This document shows, piece by piece, positions 24,943-36,112 of a stretch of 64,000 nt of DNA (positions are counted from its first letter, which is position 1; every line of letters begins with the position of its first letter). The notes under the pieces were generated by a model. That model made no database searches and had not been told where the DNA came from. It saw only the letters and a list, made by a program, of their open reading frames with translations. The position numbers were made by a program, and so were the translations under genes. Location of the stretch: NCBI GenBank assembly GCA_964291215.2, contig OZ219790.1:1280001-1344000 (forward strand), given 5' to 3'. The stretch is from Alphaproteobacteria bacterium (GTDB lineage: Bacteria; Pseudomonadota; Alphaproteobacteria; MPNO01; UBA830).

Positions 24943-26520
24943 ATGCCGAGAGTACTCATCGCCGACAGCCTAAGTCCGAAGGCGGTCGAGATCTTTTCGG
25001 AAAACGGAATAACCGCTGACGTAGCCACCGCGCTGGAGCCGGCGCAATTGCTGGAACGAATCGGCAAGTATGACGGCTTGGCCGTCAGATCGGCCACCAA
25101 GGTGACGGCAGACGTCATCAATGCCGGCAACCGGCTAAGGGTGGTCGGCCGCGCCGGCATCGGCGTCGACAACATCGACATCGATGCCGCGTCGACCCGC
25201 GGCATCGTCGTGATGAACGCCCCGTTCGGCAACTCGATCACGACCGCCGAACATGCAATAGCGATGATGTTTGCGTTGGCCCGTCAGATACCGCTCGCTA
25301 ACCAGTCGACGCAGTCCGGCGGATGGGAGAAGGCGCGCTTCATGGGAACCGAGTTGACCGACAAGGTCCTCGGCATCATCGGCTGCGGCAACATCGGCGC
25401 AATTGTCGCCGAACGCGGCCTCGGCCTCAGGATGAAGGTCATTGCCGCTGACCCCTACCTGACGCCGGAACGCGCGGCTTCTCTGGGTGTCGAGAAAGTC
25501 ACGCTCGATGAGTTGTTCAAGCGCGCCGAGGTCATCACTCTGCACCCCCCCCTGACCGACGACACGAGGAACATGCTGGATGCGGAGAGTTTCGCGAAGA
25601 TGCGCAATGGCGTCTTGATCGTGAACTGCGCGCGTGGCGAACTCGTCGTCGAGAAGGACATGAAGGAGGCAATCGAAAACGGAACGGTGGGAGGGTTCGC
25701 AGTCGACGTCTATCCCGAGGAGCCGCCGTCGAACTACAGCCTCTTCGGAATGGAGCAGGTGGTGGCCACGCCGCATCTCGGCGCCGCCACCGTCGAGGCA
25801 CAGGAGAAGGTAGCCTTGCAGATTGCGCAACAGATGTCCGCCTATCTCAAGACAGGCGCTGTGGTGAACGCGCTGAACATGCCTTCGATCTCGGCCGAAG
25901 AGGCGCCCAGGATCCGGCCCTACATGACGCTGGCGCGTCAGATCGGAGGGCTTGCCGGCCAGGTCATTGACAGTGGACTGAGAACGGTGACGGTGGAATA
26001 TGAAGGCCGTGCTGCGGAACTGAATATGCGCCCCGTGACCGGCTACCTCTTGGAAGGTCTGCTTTCACCGCTGATCAGCGGCGTCAACATGGTGAACGCG
26101 CCGATTCTCGCGCGCGAACGCAGTATCGACGTGTCCGAGACGCGTCATGAACGCTACGGGCAGTTCCAGTCGCTGATCCGCCTCACGTTTCAGACGGAAG
26201 AGCGCAGGCACACCGTGGCCGGAACGCTGTTCGGCGACAACCGGCCGCGAATCGTGGAAATCAACGGAATCCCGCTGGAAGCAGAACTGGGACGAAACAT
26301 GCTCTATTTCGTCAACCACGACAAACCCGGAATCATCGGACGCCTCGGCACGGCGCTCGGCAACGCGGGGATCAACATTGCGACGTTCCAGCTCGGGCGC
26401 ACCGAACCGGGTGGCGACGCGCTGGCACTCATCGAAATCGACGGCGAGCTTCCGGCGGGTATCATCGAGGAACTTCGCCGGCTGCCCGACATCGTCCAGG
26501 TGAGGTCGTTGTCCTTCTGA
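24943..26520 (+). CDS. serA: D-3-phosphoglycerate dehydrogenase
   Basis: GRAGIGVDNID, GCGNIG, TPHLGA, C-terminal ASB and ACT domains. Confidence 0.96.
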   Translation: MPRVLIADSLSPKAVEIFSENGITADVATALEPAQLLERIGKYDGLAVRSATKVTADVINAGNRLRVVGRAGIGVDNIDIDAASTRGIVVMNAPFGNSITTAEHAIAMMFALARQIPLANQSTQSGGWEKARFMGTELTDKVLGIIGCGNIGAIVAERGLGLRMKVIAADPYLTPERAASLGVEKVTLDELFKRAEVITLHPPLTDDTRNMLDAESFAKMRNGVLIVNCARGELVVEKDMKEAIENGTVGGFAVDVYPEEPPSNYSLFGMEQVVATPHLGAATVEAQEKVALQIAQQMSAYLKTGAVVNALNMPSISAEEAPRIRPYMTLARQIGGLAGQVIDSGLRTVTVEYEGRAAELNMRPVTGYLLEGLLSPLISGVNMVNAPILARERSIDVSETRHERYGQFQSLIRLTFQTEERRHTVAGTLFGDNRPRIVEINGIPLEAELGRNMLYFVNHDKPGIIGRLGTALGNAGINIATFQLGRTEPGGDALALIEIDGELPAGIIEELRRLPDIVQVRSLSF

Positions 26521-26603
26521 ATCGCGACCAGCGGCGCGGCTAGCAAGGACCGTCTCATGCAGGGACACGCACCGAAACGGCCATACCGGCAAGGGGACAA
26601 GTC

Positions 26604-27773
26604 ATGAACGAAACCGGACGGAAAGCGCTGCTGCCCGCCGGATTCCGCGATATCCTTCCGCCCGAAGCCGCTTTCGAGGCTGGTATCCGCGAGACCTTGG
26701 CCGCGACTTTCGCAAGCTATGGCTATGAACGCGTGAAGCCGCCGCTCGTCGAGTTCGAGGAAGGCCTGATGAGCGGCGCCGGCGCCGCGATGGCAAACGA
26801 GACTTTCCGCCTGATGGATCCGGTGTCTCAGCGCATGATGGGCCTACGGACCGACATAACGACGCAACTTGCCCGGATCGCGCTGACCAGACTCTCGGAC
26901 GCGCCCAGGCCGCTGCGGCTTGTTTATACCGGCGAAGTACTCCGCGTCCGCAGCGCACAGCTGCGCCCCGAACGGCAGTTCGCCCAGGCCGGCGCAGAGC
27001 TGATCGGCGCAGGCAGCGCCATGGCGGACATCGAGATCATCCAGATGGCCGCCGATTCGCTGCGCGAGATCGGCCTTCCCCGTTTGTCGCTGGATCTGAC
27101 GATACCGCCGCTTGTGCCGCTCCTCCTCGAAGAGACCGACCTGCCGGAAGCGGAGAGACAGGCTCTGCGCGAGGCGCTCGACAGAAAGGATGCCGGCGCC
27201 GTTCGCGATACGGACACCCCGATCACGGAGACCCTCTGCCTCCTGCTCGAAGGCACCGGTCCCGCCCGACAGGCCCTGACGATCCTGGACAGGCTGACGC
27301 TGCCCGCTCCCGCCGCGCAGGAACTGGACCGGCTGCGCACTGTCTTCAACGGTCTCGCCGAACGCAGATCCGATCTCGACATCACGATCGACCCGGTCGA
27401 GAATCGCGGTTTCGAATACCACACCGGGGTCAGTTTCACGTTCTTCTGCAAGAACGAACGCGGCGAGATCGGCTCGGGCGGACGCTACATGGCCTCGATC
27501 GGTGATGATGAGGACGGCGAACCGGCAACCGGTTTCACGCTCTACATCGATAACATATTGCGGGTACTGCCCGATCCCCGGAAGCCGGCCAGAATCCTCG
27601 TCGCAGCCGATGCCGATGCTGCGACGACGGCACAGTTGCGCAGTGACGGCTGGGTGACCATCCTCGATCTCGGGGGCGGCAGCGACATGGAGACGGAGGC
27701 TAGGCGCCTCGGTTGCTGTCACATCCTGCGCGACGGCCAGCCGGTGCCAGTCGACCGGGAACGAGACTCATGA
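26604..27773 (+). CDS. hisZ: ATP phosphoribosyltransferase regulatory subunit
   Basis: [34 protein letters not shown]. Confidence 0.93.
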   Translation: MNETGRKALLPAGFRDILPPEAAFEAGIRETLAATFASYGYERVKPPLVEFEEGLMSGAGAAMANETFRLMDPVSQRMMGLRTDITTQLARIALTRLSDAPRPLRLVYTGEVLRVRSAQLRPERQFAQAGAELIGAGSAMADIEIIQMAADSLREIGLPRLSLDLTIPPLVPLLLEETDLPEAERQALREALDRKDAGAVRDTDTPITETLCLLLEGTGPARQALTILDRLTLPAPAAQELDRLRTVFNGLAERRSDLDITIDPVENRGFEYHTGVSFTFFCKNERGEIGSGGRYMASIGDDEDGEPATGFTLYIDNILRVLPDPRKPARILVAADADAATTAQLRSDGWVTILDLGGGSDMETEARRLGCCHILRDGQPVPVDRERDS

Positions 27774-29059
27774 CACACGTGGCCGTTGTCGGGTCCCAAT
27801 GGGGCGACGAGGGGAAAGGCAAGATCGTCGACTGGCTCTCCGAACGTGCCGATCTCGTGGTGCGTTTCCAGGGCGGACACAATGCCGGCCATACGTTGGT
27901 CATTGACCGCAAGACCTACAAGTTGAGTTTGCTGCCGTCAGGAATCGTACGAAAAAAACTGTCGATAATCGGCAACGGCGTCGTGATCGATCCGTGGGCC
28001 CTGCTCGAAGAGATCGACGGAATCAGGAAACAGGGGATCGAGGTTTCACCGGAGATCCTCAAGATCGCCGAGAATGCGGCGCTCATATTGCCGCTCCACG
28101 GTGCGCTTGACCGCGCTCGGGAAACAGCCCGCGGCAACGACAGGATCGGCACCACGGGCCGTGGAATCGGACCCGCCTACGAAGACAAGGTAGGCCGCCG
28201 GGCAATCCGGGTCTGCGATCTGGCCGATCCCGAAATTCTCGGCGAACGCGTCGCCAACCTGCTGTCGCACCACAATGCGCTGATGGCCGGCTATGGGCTG
28301 CCCCTCGTCGATGGCAGCCGACTTGTCGGCGAGCTGCTAGCAATTGCGCCCAGGATTCTCGCGTTCGCCGCGCCCGTATGGCGCCAGCTCGACCGGCACC
28401 ATCGCAGCGGCGACCGGATACTCTTCGAAGGCGCCCAGGGTTTCATGCTCGACATCGACCATGGAACCTACCCTTTCGTCACCTCGTCCAACACAGTCGC
28501 CGGCCAATTGGCCGCCGGCTCCGGCATCGGGGCGGCTGCGGCGGGCCACGTTCTGGGAATTACCAAGGCCTACACGACGAGGGTGGGCGCCGGACCCTTC
28601 CCGACTGAGCAAGACAACGAAATCGGTCTTCGCCTCGGAGAACGGGGCCACGAATTCGGCACCGTAACCGGCAGAAAACGACGCTGCGGCTGGTTCGACG
28701 CAGTACTGGTTCGTCAGGCGGTAACGACCGGGGGGATCGATGGCATTGCGCTTACCAAGCTGGATGTTCTCGACGGCCTGGGCGAGCTGCGCGTCTGCGT
28801 CGCCTACCGGGGCGACGGAAGAACCTACGACTACTTGCCCGCGGGCCACAGCCTCCAGGCCTCCCTCACGCCCGTCTACGAAGCACTGGAGGGCTGGTCC
28901 GAGAGTACACGCGGCGCACGAAGCTGGGCGGATCTGCCGGCGACGGCGGTGAAATACGTGCGCCGGATAGAGGAACTGATCGGTGCACCCGTAACGCTGC
29001 TATCGACTAGCCCGGAGCGCGACGACACGATCCTCGTTCGCGATCCGTTTTCTGCCTGA
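27770..29059 (+). CDS. purA: Adenylosuccinate synthetase
   Basis: [36 protein letters not shown]. Confidence 0.98.
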   Translation: MTHVAVVGSQWGDEGKGKIVDWLSERADLVVRFQGGHNAGHTLVIDRKTYKLSLLPSGIVRKKLSIIGNGVVIDPWALLEEIDGIRKQGIEVSPEILKIAENAALILPLHGALDRARETARGNDRIGTTGRGIGPAYEDKVGRRAIRVCDLADPEILGERVANLLSHHNALMAGYGLPLVDGSRLVGELLAIAPRILAFAAPVWRQLDRHHRSGDRILFEGAQGFMLDIDHGTYPFVTSSNTVAGQLAAGSGIGAAAAGHVLGITKAYTTRVGAGPFPTEQDNEIGLRLGERGHEFGTVTGRKRRCGWFDAVLVRQAVTTGGIDGIALTKLDVLDGLGELRVCVAYRGDGRTYDYLPAGHSLQASLTPVYEALEGWSESTRGARSWADLPATAVKYVRRIEELIGAPVTLLSTSPERDDTILVRDPFSA

Positions 29060-29078
29060 GAGTTTGCGAAACCCAATT

Positions 29079-29610
29079 TCAGACATCCTGACCTCGTCCA
29101 ATGTCAGGTGAGACGATTCTGGAGTGTTGCGCCATCGCCGAGGAGATCACCCTCGCGTCTGCGTGGCCGCTGCGATGCACCAAGGACCGTCTCGCCCCTG
29201 GCCTTCAGGAGCTTCGTCTTACGGTAGACGCCTTCGTGCAAGACATCGAAGGCCTGGTCAGATCGGCACAGCTCAACGCCGGCGACCGTGTAGAACCGGG
29301 CGATGCGCAGGGCCTGTCGACGGGTGTCATGGGCAGCGTGGCAGTCGCAGGGCTCGAGGTGGGTGAAGTACCATGCCTGATTGTCGATGACGGCCCATGA
29401 GGAGGATGCTGCGATGGGTGTGGCATGGGCTCCCTTGGGGTGGCAGGGAGGGTGTCATCTCAGACCAAAAGTGCAACATGCGATATCGGACATGCTTGTT
29501 CGCCACAGGTCAAGCGGAATCTGCGCTGAAACAGCCGGAACCACAGGAAAACAGGGGATTTCCTGACCGGTGCGATAGGCCTCCTCAGAGGGGTAGGTCA
29601 GGATGTCTGA
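29079..29610. repeat. Segment bounded by a perfect 16-bp inverted repeat; possible non-autonomous element with a small broken minus-strand ORF
   Basis: TCAGACATCCTGACCT (29079-29094) / AGGTCAGGATGTCTGA (29595-29610). Confidence 0.5.
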
Positions 29611-31376
29611 TGTTGGCATTTTTGCGTCAGTTGAAGGCAAAATTTATTCGGCTGCCTCACTCGATATACCATATGTTGGCGGTTTTTTAATATTGCCTAC
29701 TATATTTGTGATTTCCCGTCCGGGATGGTCACTGTAGTGCCAGGATGTTGCAGATTCACTCGACCCCGCCGCCAAACCCGGTATATCCGGAGCCTCATCA
29801 ACACAAAAGGCTCCAGACAACATGTTCATCAGGGCAACCAAAACCCACAGCACCGCGGACGGCAAACCCGTCCACCGGCTCGTGCTTTCTCAACGCATCG
29901 GCGACAAGGTCGGACAGCGCACCCTGCCTCGGCACCGATCATCCGGTAGCGCGCAAGAACCGGAAGGAGGTTGCCGCCGAAGCGCTGGCCGCCCGCCGCT
30001 GTTCGAAGCCGCGTGCAGGCCGCAGGACATCGTCAACAGGGGCCCGGAGGTTCCGCGCCGACGCTCCGGAGGAAGACGCACGCAAATTGCGACCGTCAAC
30101 CTCGACAGCCTCGAGAACCCGCGCTCGGTCGGCTGGCCTGTGCCTCGAGGCGCGATCTCGGCTTCACGACCTCGGCATCACGGGCCGCGAGTGCGCTGAT
30201 CGTCGCCAGGATGATCCGCCAGCGAGCGCTGGCTGCGCGATGACAGCGCGGAGCTTCTGGATCTGGAGCGCAAGGCGCGCAAGACGCCGTACCGCATCGG
30301 CGACCTGCGTCACCGGGCCGCCAGGAGCTGTTCAACCACGAGCGCGCGCTGCATCCCCGATACCATCGCTTTTTGCGATCTCACCAATGTTCACGGCCGC
30401 GCCGACGGCAAGCTCCCCCGCTTCGGGCGCTCGAAGCAGAAGCGCAATGATTGCCCCACGCTTGCGCGGCGCCGGCTTTCGGCGCAGTTGCGAGGTCTTG
30501 CCGGGCAACGTGAGCGAACCCGGTACGCTGGAGGACGCGCTGTCGAGGCTGGAGGCGGCCCGGCGGCAAAGCCGACGGTAGTCATGGACGCCGGCACCGA
30601 GGCGAACATCGCGTGGCGAGCACAGCTGGATCGCGGGCGGCGCCGCCCGATGGTGGGCCCGAGGCTGATCACCAGCACCAACCACGAGGTGCAGGCGCCT
30701 TGCCAGCGAGGATGGCGCGGCTCTACATGGTCAGCAAGAGCAGGAAGAGGGCGAGGACGCCATTCCTGGCCGCAGGGCTTCGAAGCGGCAAAGCTCCACC
30801 TCTCGGCCAAGGGCCGGCACCACGACAAAGTGCTGGAGAGCGGTCTCAGGCAGCGCTTCTCCACCGTCGCCCGGCACTACGAGATCACCGTCGAGAAGGC
30901 CGGCGCCAACGCAACGGCTTTCAGCCACAGACGACAAGACAACACGGGCACCTGCGCACCAGCGACTGGGATATCGAGACCGTCCTCAGGACACGGATAT
31001 CGAGGCCACCTTCCGTTCATTGAAATCCGAGCCCGGATTGCGCCCGGCCAGCGCATCGCCGCCCACCTGTTGATCGCCGTGCTCGCCGCGGTGCATCTGA
31101 TCCCCGCGCGGGGCATCGACAAGTGCCGGACATCAATCCGCGAGAGCATGCGGAACCAGGGTCACCACGCGCCTGCGCGCATTGATCGTCAACCGACAGG
31201 ACACGCGCCACCGAGGTCGCCAAAATCTCCTCGGCGGCTGGTGTCGAACCCGCCGCACGAGGAGCCGCCTCACAAGCTGACAGAATTCAACGGAATGTAG
31301 TGCCATGTTGAAATCGGCCGACAAAAAATCGCGCAACGTGATAAAAATTCCAAGTCGCAAAAAGTGCCAACTTGGG
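29607..31376 (+). mobile_element. Heavily decayed IS1634-family IS (ends approximate)
   Basis: MFIRATKT...HRLV, DLTN, FGRSKQKRNDCP, PGNVSE, VVMDAG, IAAHLLIAVLA in shifting frames; IRs GTTGGCATTTTTGCG / CGCAAAAAGTGCCAAC. Confidence 0.8.
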
Positions 31377-31421
31377 GAAAGCGCCTGCAGCGCGTGCGCG
31401 GGAGAGGTTTGGCAAACAGCC

Positions 31422-32312
31422 TTATGCGGCTGCCGTTGCTGCCGGATTGCCGCCGGGGCCGATCATGGCATCCCTCAGCTTTTCGAACGCCCGCGTCTCG
31501 ATCTGCCGTATCCGTTCGCGGGAAACCCCATATTTCTGGCTGAGCTGTTCGAGGGTAAGCGGCCGTTCCTGGAGCCGTCGCGCGATCAGGATCTCACGCT
31601 CGCGCTCGCCGAGTTTCTCCATCGCCCGCACGAGAAGCTGGTGGCGTTCGATCATTTCGTCGTGCGCTAGCAGGGCTTGCTCCTGATTCGGAGCTTGATC
31701 GACGAGCCAATCCTGCCACTCGCCCTCCGCGTCGGGCCGAACCGGTGCGTTGAGCGATGAATCGGGCCCCGCCAGGCGCCGGTTCATGCTGATCACGTCA
31801 TCTTCGCTGAGATCAAGACGTTTTGCGATCTCCCTGACGTTCTTTGGATCGAGATCGCCTTCCTCGATCGCCTTGATCTCACCCTTCAGCCGACGGAGAT
31901 TGAAAAAGAGCTTTTTTTGCGCGGCCGTCGTTCCGATCTTCACGAGAGACCAAGATCTGAGGATGTATTCCTGAATGGAGGCACGAATCCACCACAGGGC
32001 ATAGGTCGCCAGACGGAAACCCATTTCCGGATCGAATCTCTTGACCGCCTGCATCAAGCCTACGTTGCCCTCGGAGATGATCTCGCCAAACGGCAAACCG
32101 TATCCCTGATACCCTCTGGCAATCTTGGCAACGAGCCTCAGATGGCTCGTCACGAGCGCCTCAGCAGCCTCCGCATCGCCATGCTCCTTCCACCGCTTGG
32201 CGAGCATGTATTCCTCTTCCGCTTCGAGCATCGGGAACGTGCGGATATGGCGCAGATACCTCGACAAGCTGTTTTCCGGATCAATCGGTGCCGATGGCAG
32301 TTTCGCGTTCAT
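31422..32312 (-). CDS. rpoH: RNA polymerase heat-shock sigma factor RpoH
   Basis: RpoH box AQKKLFFNLRR, SHLRLVAKIA, GVSRERIRQIE. Confidence 0.96.
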   Translation of the reverse strand: MNAKLPSAPIDPENSLSRYLRHIRTFPMLEAEEEYMLAKRWKEHGDAEAAEALVTSHLRLVAKIARGYQGYGLPFGEIISEGNVGLMQAVKRFDPEMGFRLATYALWWIRASIQEYILRSWSLVKIGTTAAQKKLFFNLRRLKGEIKAIEEGDLDPKNVREIAKRLDLSEDDVISMNRRLAGPDSSLNAPVRPDAEGEWQDWLVDQAPNQEQALLAHDEMIERHQLLVRAMEKLGEREREILIARRLQERPLTLEQLSQKYGVSRERIRQIETRAFEKLRDAMIGPGGNPAATAAA

Positions 32313-32404
32313 GTCGTGGCACCTCTTCCGTGGTGCGGGCGTTCCGGTCCAGAAGATGCCGATATTTGCATGATGGATACAGTGTAGCTCCGCAGTTGTC
32401 GTTT

Positions 32405-33400
32405 TCAAGCGCCATTAAGTGCCTGTTCAAGCTCTTCGAGATCTGCCGGCAATCCGCTTTCAAACAGCATTTCCTCACCGGTCACCGGGTGTCGGAAGCC
32501 CAGAAGTCTGGCATGCAAAGCTTGGCGGCTGAATCCGGCCACGACTTCCCGGATACTGTCGGGCAGTACCGATCGCCGCGCTCGAGTCGCGCCACCGCCA
32601 TAGACGGGATCCCCGATGACGGGATGGCCCCGGGACGCGAGATGCACCCGGATCTGGTGGGTCCTGCCGGTTGCAAGACGGCATTGGAGTTGCGCTGCTG
32701 CTCCGTCGCGATACCGAACCTCGGTGCGATACCGTGTCAGGGCTGGACGTCCGCCGGCCGACAGTACGGCCATCTTCCTGCGATCCTTCCGGTCGCGGCC
32801 GATATTTCTTGCAATCTCTCCTTCTTCGGGGCAAGGAACGCCCCAAACGAATGCCGCGTAGGCTCGGGAAACGGTCCGCTCCGCGAAACCGGCAGAGAGC
32901 CTCTCGTGGGCTGCAGCCGTCTTGGCAGCGACCAAGAGGCCGCTCGTGTCCTTGTCCAGCCGGTGCACGATCCCCGGACGCAACACGCCTCCGATACCCT
33001 TCAGACTCGGCCCGCAATGCGCGATGAGCGCGTTCACCAGCGTCCCCTGAAGATTGCCCGGCGCGGGATGGACCACGAGACTAGGTGGTTTGTCGACGAC
33101 AATGAGATGCTCGTCCTCGAAGACCACGGCAAGCGGGATTTCCTCGCCACCCGGCTCCGCAGGAACTCCCGGTGGGATGCGAAGTACGAAGCGTTCGCCC
33201 GGTTTGACGCGGTAGGAAGCTATGTCTATCGTCCGGTCGCCGTCGTCTCCGATCAGGCATCCGCCGATGATCAGACGCTTCAGTTCGGAACGTGAATGTC
33301 CGGGCGCCAGCGCCGCGAATACTCGGTCGACCCGCTCGCCCGCCATCGTCTCCGGCACGGCAATCCGGATGATTTCTTCGGAAGCGGGATCTTCATTCAT
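32405..33400 (-). CDS. rluD: 23S rRNA pseudouridine synthase RluD (RluA family with S4 domain)
   Basis: VHRLDKDTSG, TGRTHQIRVH, RQALHA; upstream of rpoH. Confidence 0.92.
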   Translation of the reverse strand: MNEDPASEEIIRIAVPETMAGERVDRVFAALAPGHSRSELKRLIIGGCLIGDDGDRTIDIASYRVKPGERFVLRIPPGVPAEPGGEEIPLAVVFEDEHLIVVDKPPSLVVHPAPGNLQGTLVNALIAHCGPSLKGIGGVLRPGIVHRLDKDTSGLLVAAKTAAAHERLSAGFAERTVSRAYAAFVWGVPCPEEGEIARNIGRDRKDRRKMAVLSAGGRPALTRYRTEVRYRDGAAAQLQCRLATGRTHQIRVHLASRGHPVIGDPVYGGGATRARRSVLPDSIREVVAGFSRQALHARLLGFRHPVTGEEMLFESGLPADLEELEQALNGA

Positions 33401-33416
33401 GGTTGGCAACAGACCG

Positions 33417-33740
33417 ATGGCTGATCGTCAGAACACCGATTCCGGCGCGCCGCGCTGGCTCAAGCTGCTGGTCGCAGCGATGGGTGTACTGATCATCTGC
33501 GGAACTGTCGGGATCATTGTCGCCGCCCTTGAGTATTCACCGCGCGCGCAATTTCCCGAACATTCCGTCATAAACCTGCCGCCGGGCGCCGAGATAAAGG
33601 AGGCGCGACTGGAAGACGGGCTAATCGTCGTGCACACCGTGCTTCAGAACAATCAGTCCCAGCTGATTCTTATTGACGCCGAAACGGGAAAGCAACTGGG
33701 CATCGTGGATTTCACGGCGCAAGCCGAGGTCCAGGATTAG
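33417..33740 (+). CDS. Small membrane-anchored hypothetical protein
   Basis: One TM helix (LKLLVAAMGVLIICG); divergent from rluD. Confidence 0.7.
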   Translation: MADRQNTDSGAPRWLKLLVAAMGVLIICGTVGIIVAALEYSPRAQFPEHSVINLPPGAEIKEARLEDGLIVVHTVLQNNQSQLILIDAETGKQLGIVDFTAQAEVQD

Positions 33741-33933
33741 CCGGCAGCCACCTGATTCGACTGTTCAAGAGGCTGGAACCGGTCTGACGTCCCATGCCAC
33801 CATGCGCGCGCTGTAGCCTGATGTGCCGCGACAACGACATCGCGCGATGACTGCCCAGCAAGACGGCAGACGACCAATGCTCGACCTAGCCGGTTGGCTT
33901 CATCGTGCACCCATCATGATTTGAAATTCACCG

Positions 33934-33965
33934 GTAACTGCTCACCCCCTAGTTTCAGACATCCC
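33934..33965 (-). mobile_element. IS66-type terminal remnant
   Basis: GTAACTGCTCACCCCCT identical to the IS66 end at 63243; probably continues at 39412-39500 beyond the inserted IS256. Confidence 0.6.
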
Positions 33966-34410
33966 GATTACGCAACCTGATGTCTGGAAATTGTCGTGAA
34001 GCTGATCGAGCTGTTCCCATTTGATCTTGGTTTCGGTTTCCCATTTTTCGTCGATGAGGACTGCGGTTGAGAGGCGCTCCAACGAGGCGAGGTTCGGAAA
34101 GACCCTGACTTTGGAGGTGCGCCGCTTGAGCTCTTGCTGGATCGGTCGCTCGATGCCGTTCGAGGTTCGCATACGCTTGCGGTGAGCATCGGGCAAGGTG
34201 AAGACAGCGAGCCCCGCATTGTTTTCCAACGGGAATTATATACCAAAGTCCCACTTTCGCTTGACCGTTTCCGCACCATAGCCTAGAACGCCAACGCCCC
34301 GGTGCTTGGAACACCGGGGCGTTGTTGAACCTGCGAGCCGAGGCCGGCCGTGCCCCGTCTGCCGCTCCATGTAGCGCCAGCCGGTTGCGCCGTCAACGGG
34401 CCGCCAAGGC

Positions 34411-34695
34411 ATGGAGGAAGCGCATGACGGAGATCAGATCAGGGCATTCACCGTGTGCATTGCCGTAGCGTTGCGTAGGGCTGAAGCTCGTCCGGCAGAG
34501 GACGCATTCTCTGCCGAGACTGTCCTTGATGAGGCCGGGTATATCTTGGAACTGATATGCGCCGCTCGGCCGCCATTCTCAACTGAGGAAAAGCAGTCTC
34601 AAGCTCTTCGAGCGCTTCACCAGTTGCTTTCGACATCAATTCACGGACGCGCGCACCTGCTTGTCGATCTGGAATCTCTGTATCCGAAGCAGTGA
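34411..34695 (+). CDS. Hypothetical passenger protein (94 aa); antisense ORF 34448-34708 is an alternative
   Basis: Open frame with protein-like helical composition; coding strand unresolved. Confidence 0.4.
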   Translation: MEEAHDGDQIRAFTVCIAVALRRAEARPAEDAFSAETVLDEAGYILELICAARPPFSTEEKQSQALRALHQLLSTSIHGRAHLLVDLESLYPKQ

Positions 34696-34804
34696 TGTTG
34701 CTTGCCATGGCGGAAGCTCCCGGTTAGGTTGGTCGAACCTCCCGGACGTTCCTAAGTCCAGTAGCGCCCCGCGTCGGTCCCCCAACCTGCGGGGCGTTGC
34801 GCTT

Positions 34805-34978
34805 TCAGGCTTCCGGGTCTTCTACCACCTTCACGGGGCGCATGAGCGTCCGCACCGCCTCGCCGACCTTGTATTCGGTCCCGTCGGCCTTGCGCGGCGG
34901 CGTGAACACTTCCTCGATTTCCGCCTTCGTCGGCTGGTAGCGGTTAGACTTCAATCGAACCTCTTGGCGCGCCGTCAT
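34805..34978 (-). CDS. Small hypothetical passenger protein (57 aa, MTARQEVRLKSNRYQPTKAEIEE...)
   Basis: Read by hand, below the ORF-track cutoff; AAGGA just upstream of the ATG. Confidence 0.55.
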   Translation of the reverse strand: MTARQEVRLKSNRYQPTKAEIEEVFTPPRKADGTEYKVGEAVRTLMRPVKVVEDPEA

Positions 34979-35265
34979 ATTCCTTGCCTCACCGCTCGCG
35001 GGATCAGGCTGGCAGCCTGCCCGTTTTTGGCCGGTGATGCAAGGGATAGGAACAGAAAAAACCCCCTGCTATCGTATCCCCGTCAACACTGTGCGCGCCC
35101 GCTCTGTCGGGTCGCCCACCGAATAGAACAGCCTGAACCCGGCAGCGGGCCGATCACCCGCCGCCTGGCGAATAGGTGGGACTCTCACTTCGTGTGCAGT
35201 GTTGACAACGGCCCGACGCCAGCCGGTGGCGCCGGGAACCAGTGCGATAGCGGAGGGAGGGCGGA

Positions 35266-35688
35266 ATGTTCGATTTCAAGCGAGCATCGAAACAGGAGCT
35301 TGAGCAGAAATTCAAGGAGATCGCCAGAGAGTCCGGCGATGATAGGTTCGGGACCAAAAAGGAGTTGAAGCATCTGCCGCAGCTCCTGACGGACGATGAG
35401 CAGGTGCTTGGCTTCGCATCAGGCATCTTGGACGGGAACACATGGCTGATCGCCCTGACGGATCGTCGGGTGCTCTTCCTCGACAAGGGAATGCTGTGGG
35501 GCCTCAAGGAGTCCTCGATACCCCTCGACAGGGTCAACGGCGTCTCCGGGGAGACTGGCCTCATCTTCGGCAAGATCATCATCAACGATGGCTTCGCTGC
35601 ACGGCAGATCAAGAACGTGCCGAAGGGCGCAGTGCGGCCGTTCATCAATCGGCTTCAGCTTGAGATAGACGCCCAGCGCAGGGCATAG
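35266..35688 (+). CDS. Bacterial PH-domain protein (bPH_3/YokE-like)
   Basis: LTDDEQVLGFASG, LIALTDRRVLFLDKG, GLIFGKIII; GGAGG RBS. Confidence 0.75.
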   Translation: MFDFKRASKQELEQKFKEIARESGDDRFGTKKELKHLPQLLTDDEQVLGFASGILDGNTWLIALTDRRVLFLDKGMLWGLKESSIPLDRVNGVSGETGLIFGKIIINDGFAARQIKNVPKGAVRPFINRLQLEIDAQRRA

Positions 35689-35695
35689 GCACCGG

Positions 35696-36112
35696 TCAGC
35701 GGTCGAACAGAAACTCGCCGAGAATACGCTCGCTGATCTGCCAGAGCGGATATGTCGCTTCGTCGATTTGCAGGTCGCATTCCTGCCGTTCGGGGTTCCA
35801 TTGCGGAACGATCGTCAAATGCAGCTTCCCCGAGCGGCAGGCGGTAATGGCTTCATCCGACCGCCGGACGACGACCACATCCTTGCCGTCGTCGGCATCC
35901 ACTTCGTGTGTGCCACGATAGTCCTTCACCAACTCGATGCGGCGGACGACCAGTTCGCCGTCCGCAAACGCAGCCCGAAACTCATGGCTGCCTCTCTTGT
36001 GCGCCGGGAGCCGGTTGAACTCGGCTACATCGTCCTTCACCCGCTTGATGATGGAGTTGAGGCAATCGTCAACGGAGCAGTTCGCCCGTGCCGTCACCCA
36101 CCCGGCTCTCAT
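35696..36112 (-). CDS. Hypothetical protein coupled to the IS1595 transposase
   Basis: 4-bp start/stop overlap with the transposase; 138 aa. Confidence 0.65.
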   Translation of the reverse strand: MRAGWVTARANCSVDDCLNSIIKRVKDDVAEFNRLPAHKRGSHEFRAAFADGELVVRRIELVKDYRGTHEVDADDGKDVVVVRRSDEAITACRSGKLHLTIVPQWNPERQECDLQIDEATYPLWQISERILGEFLFDR

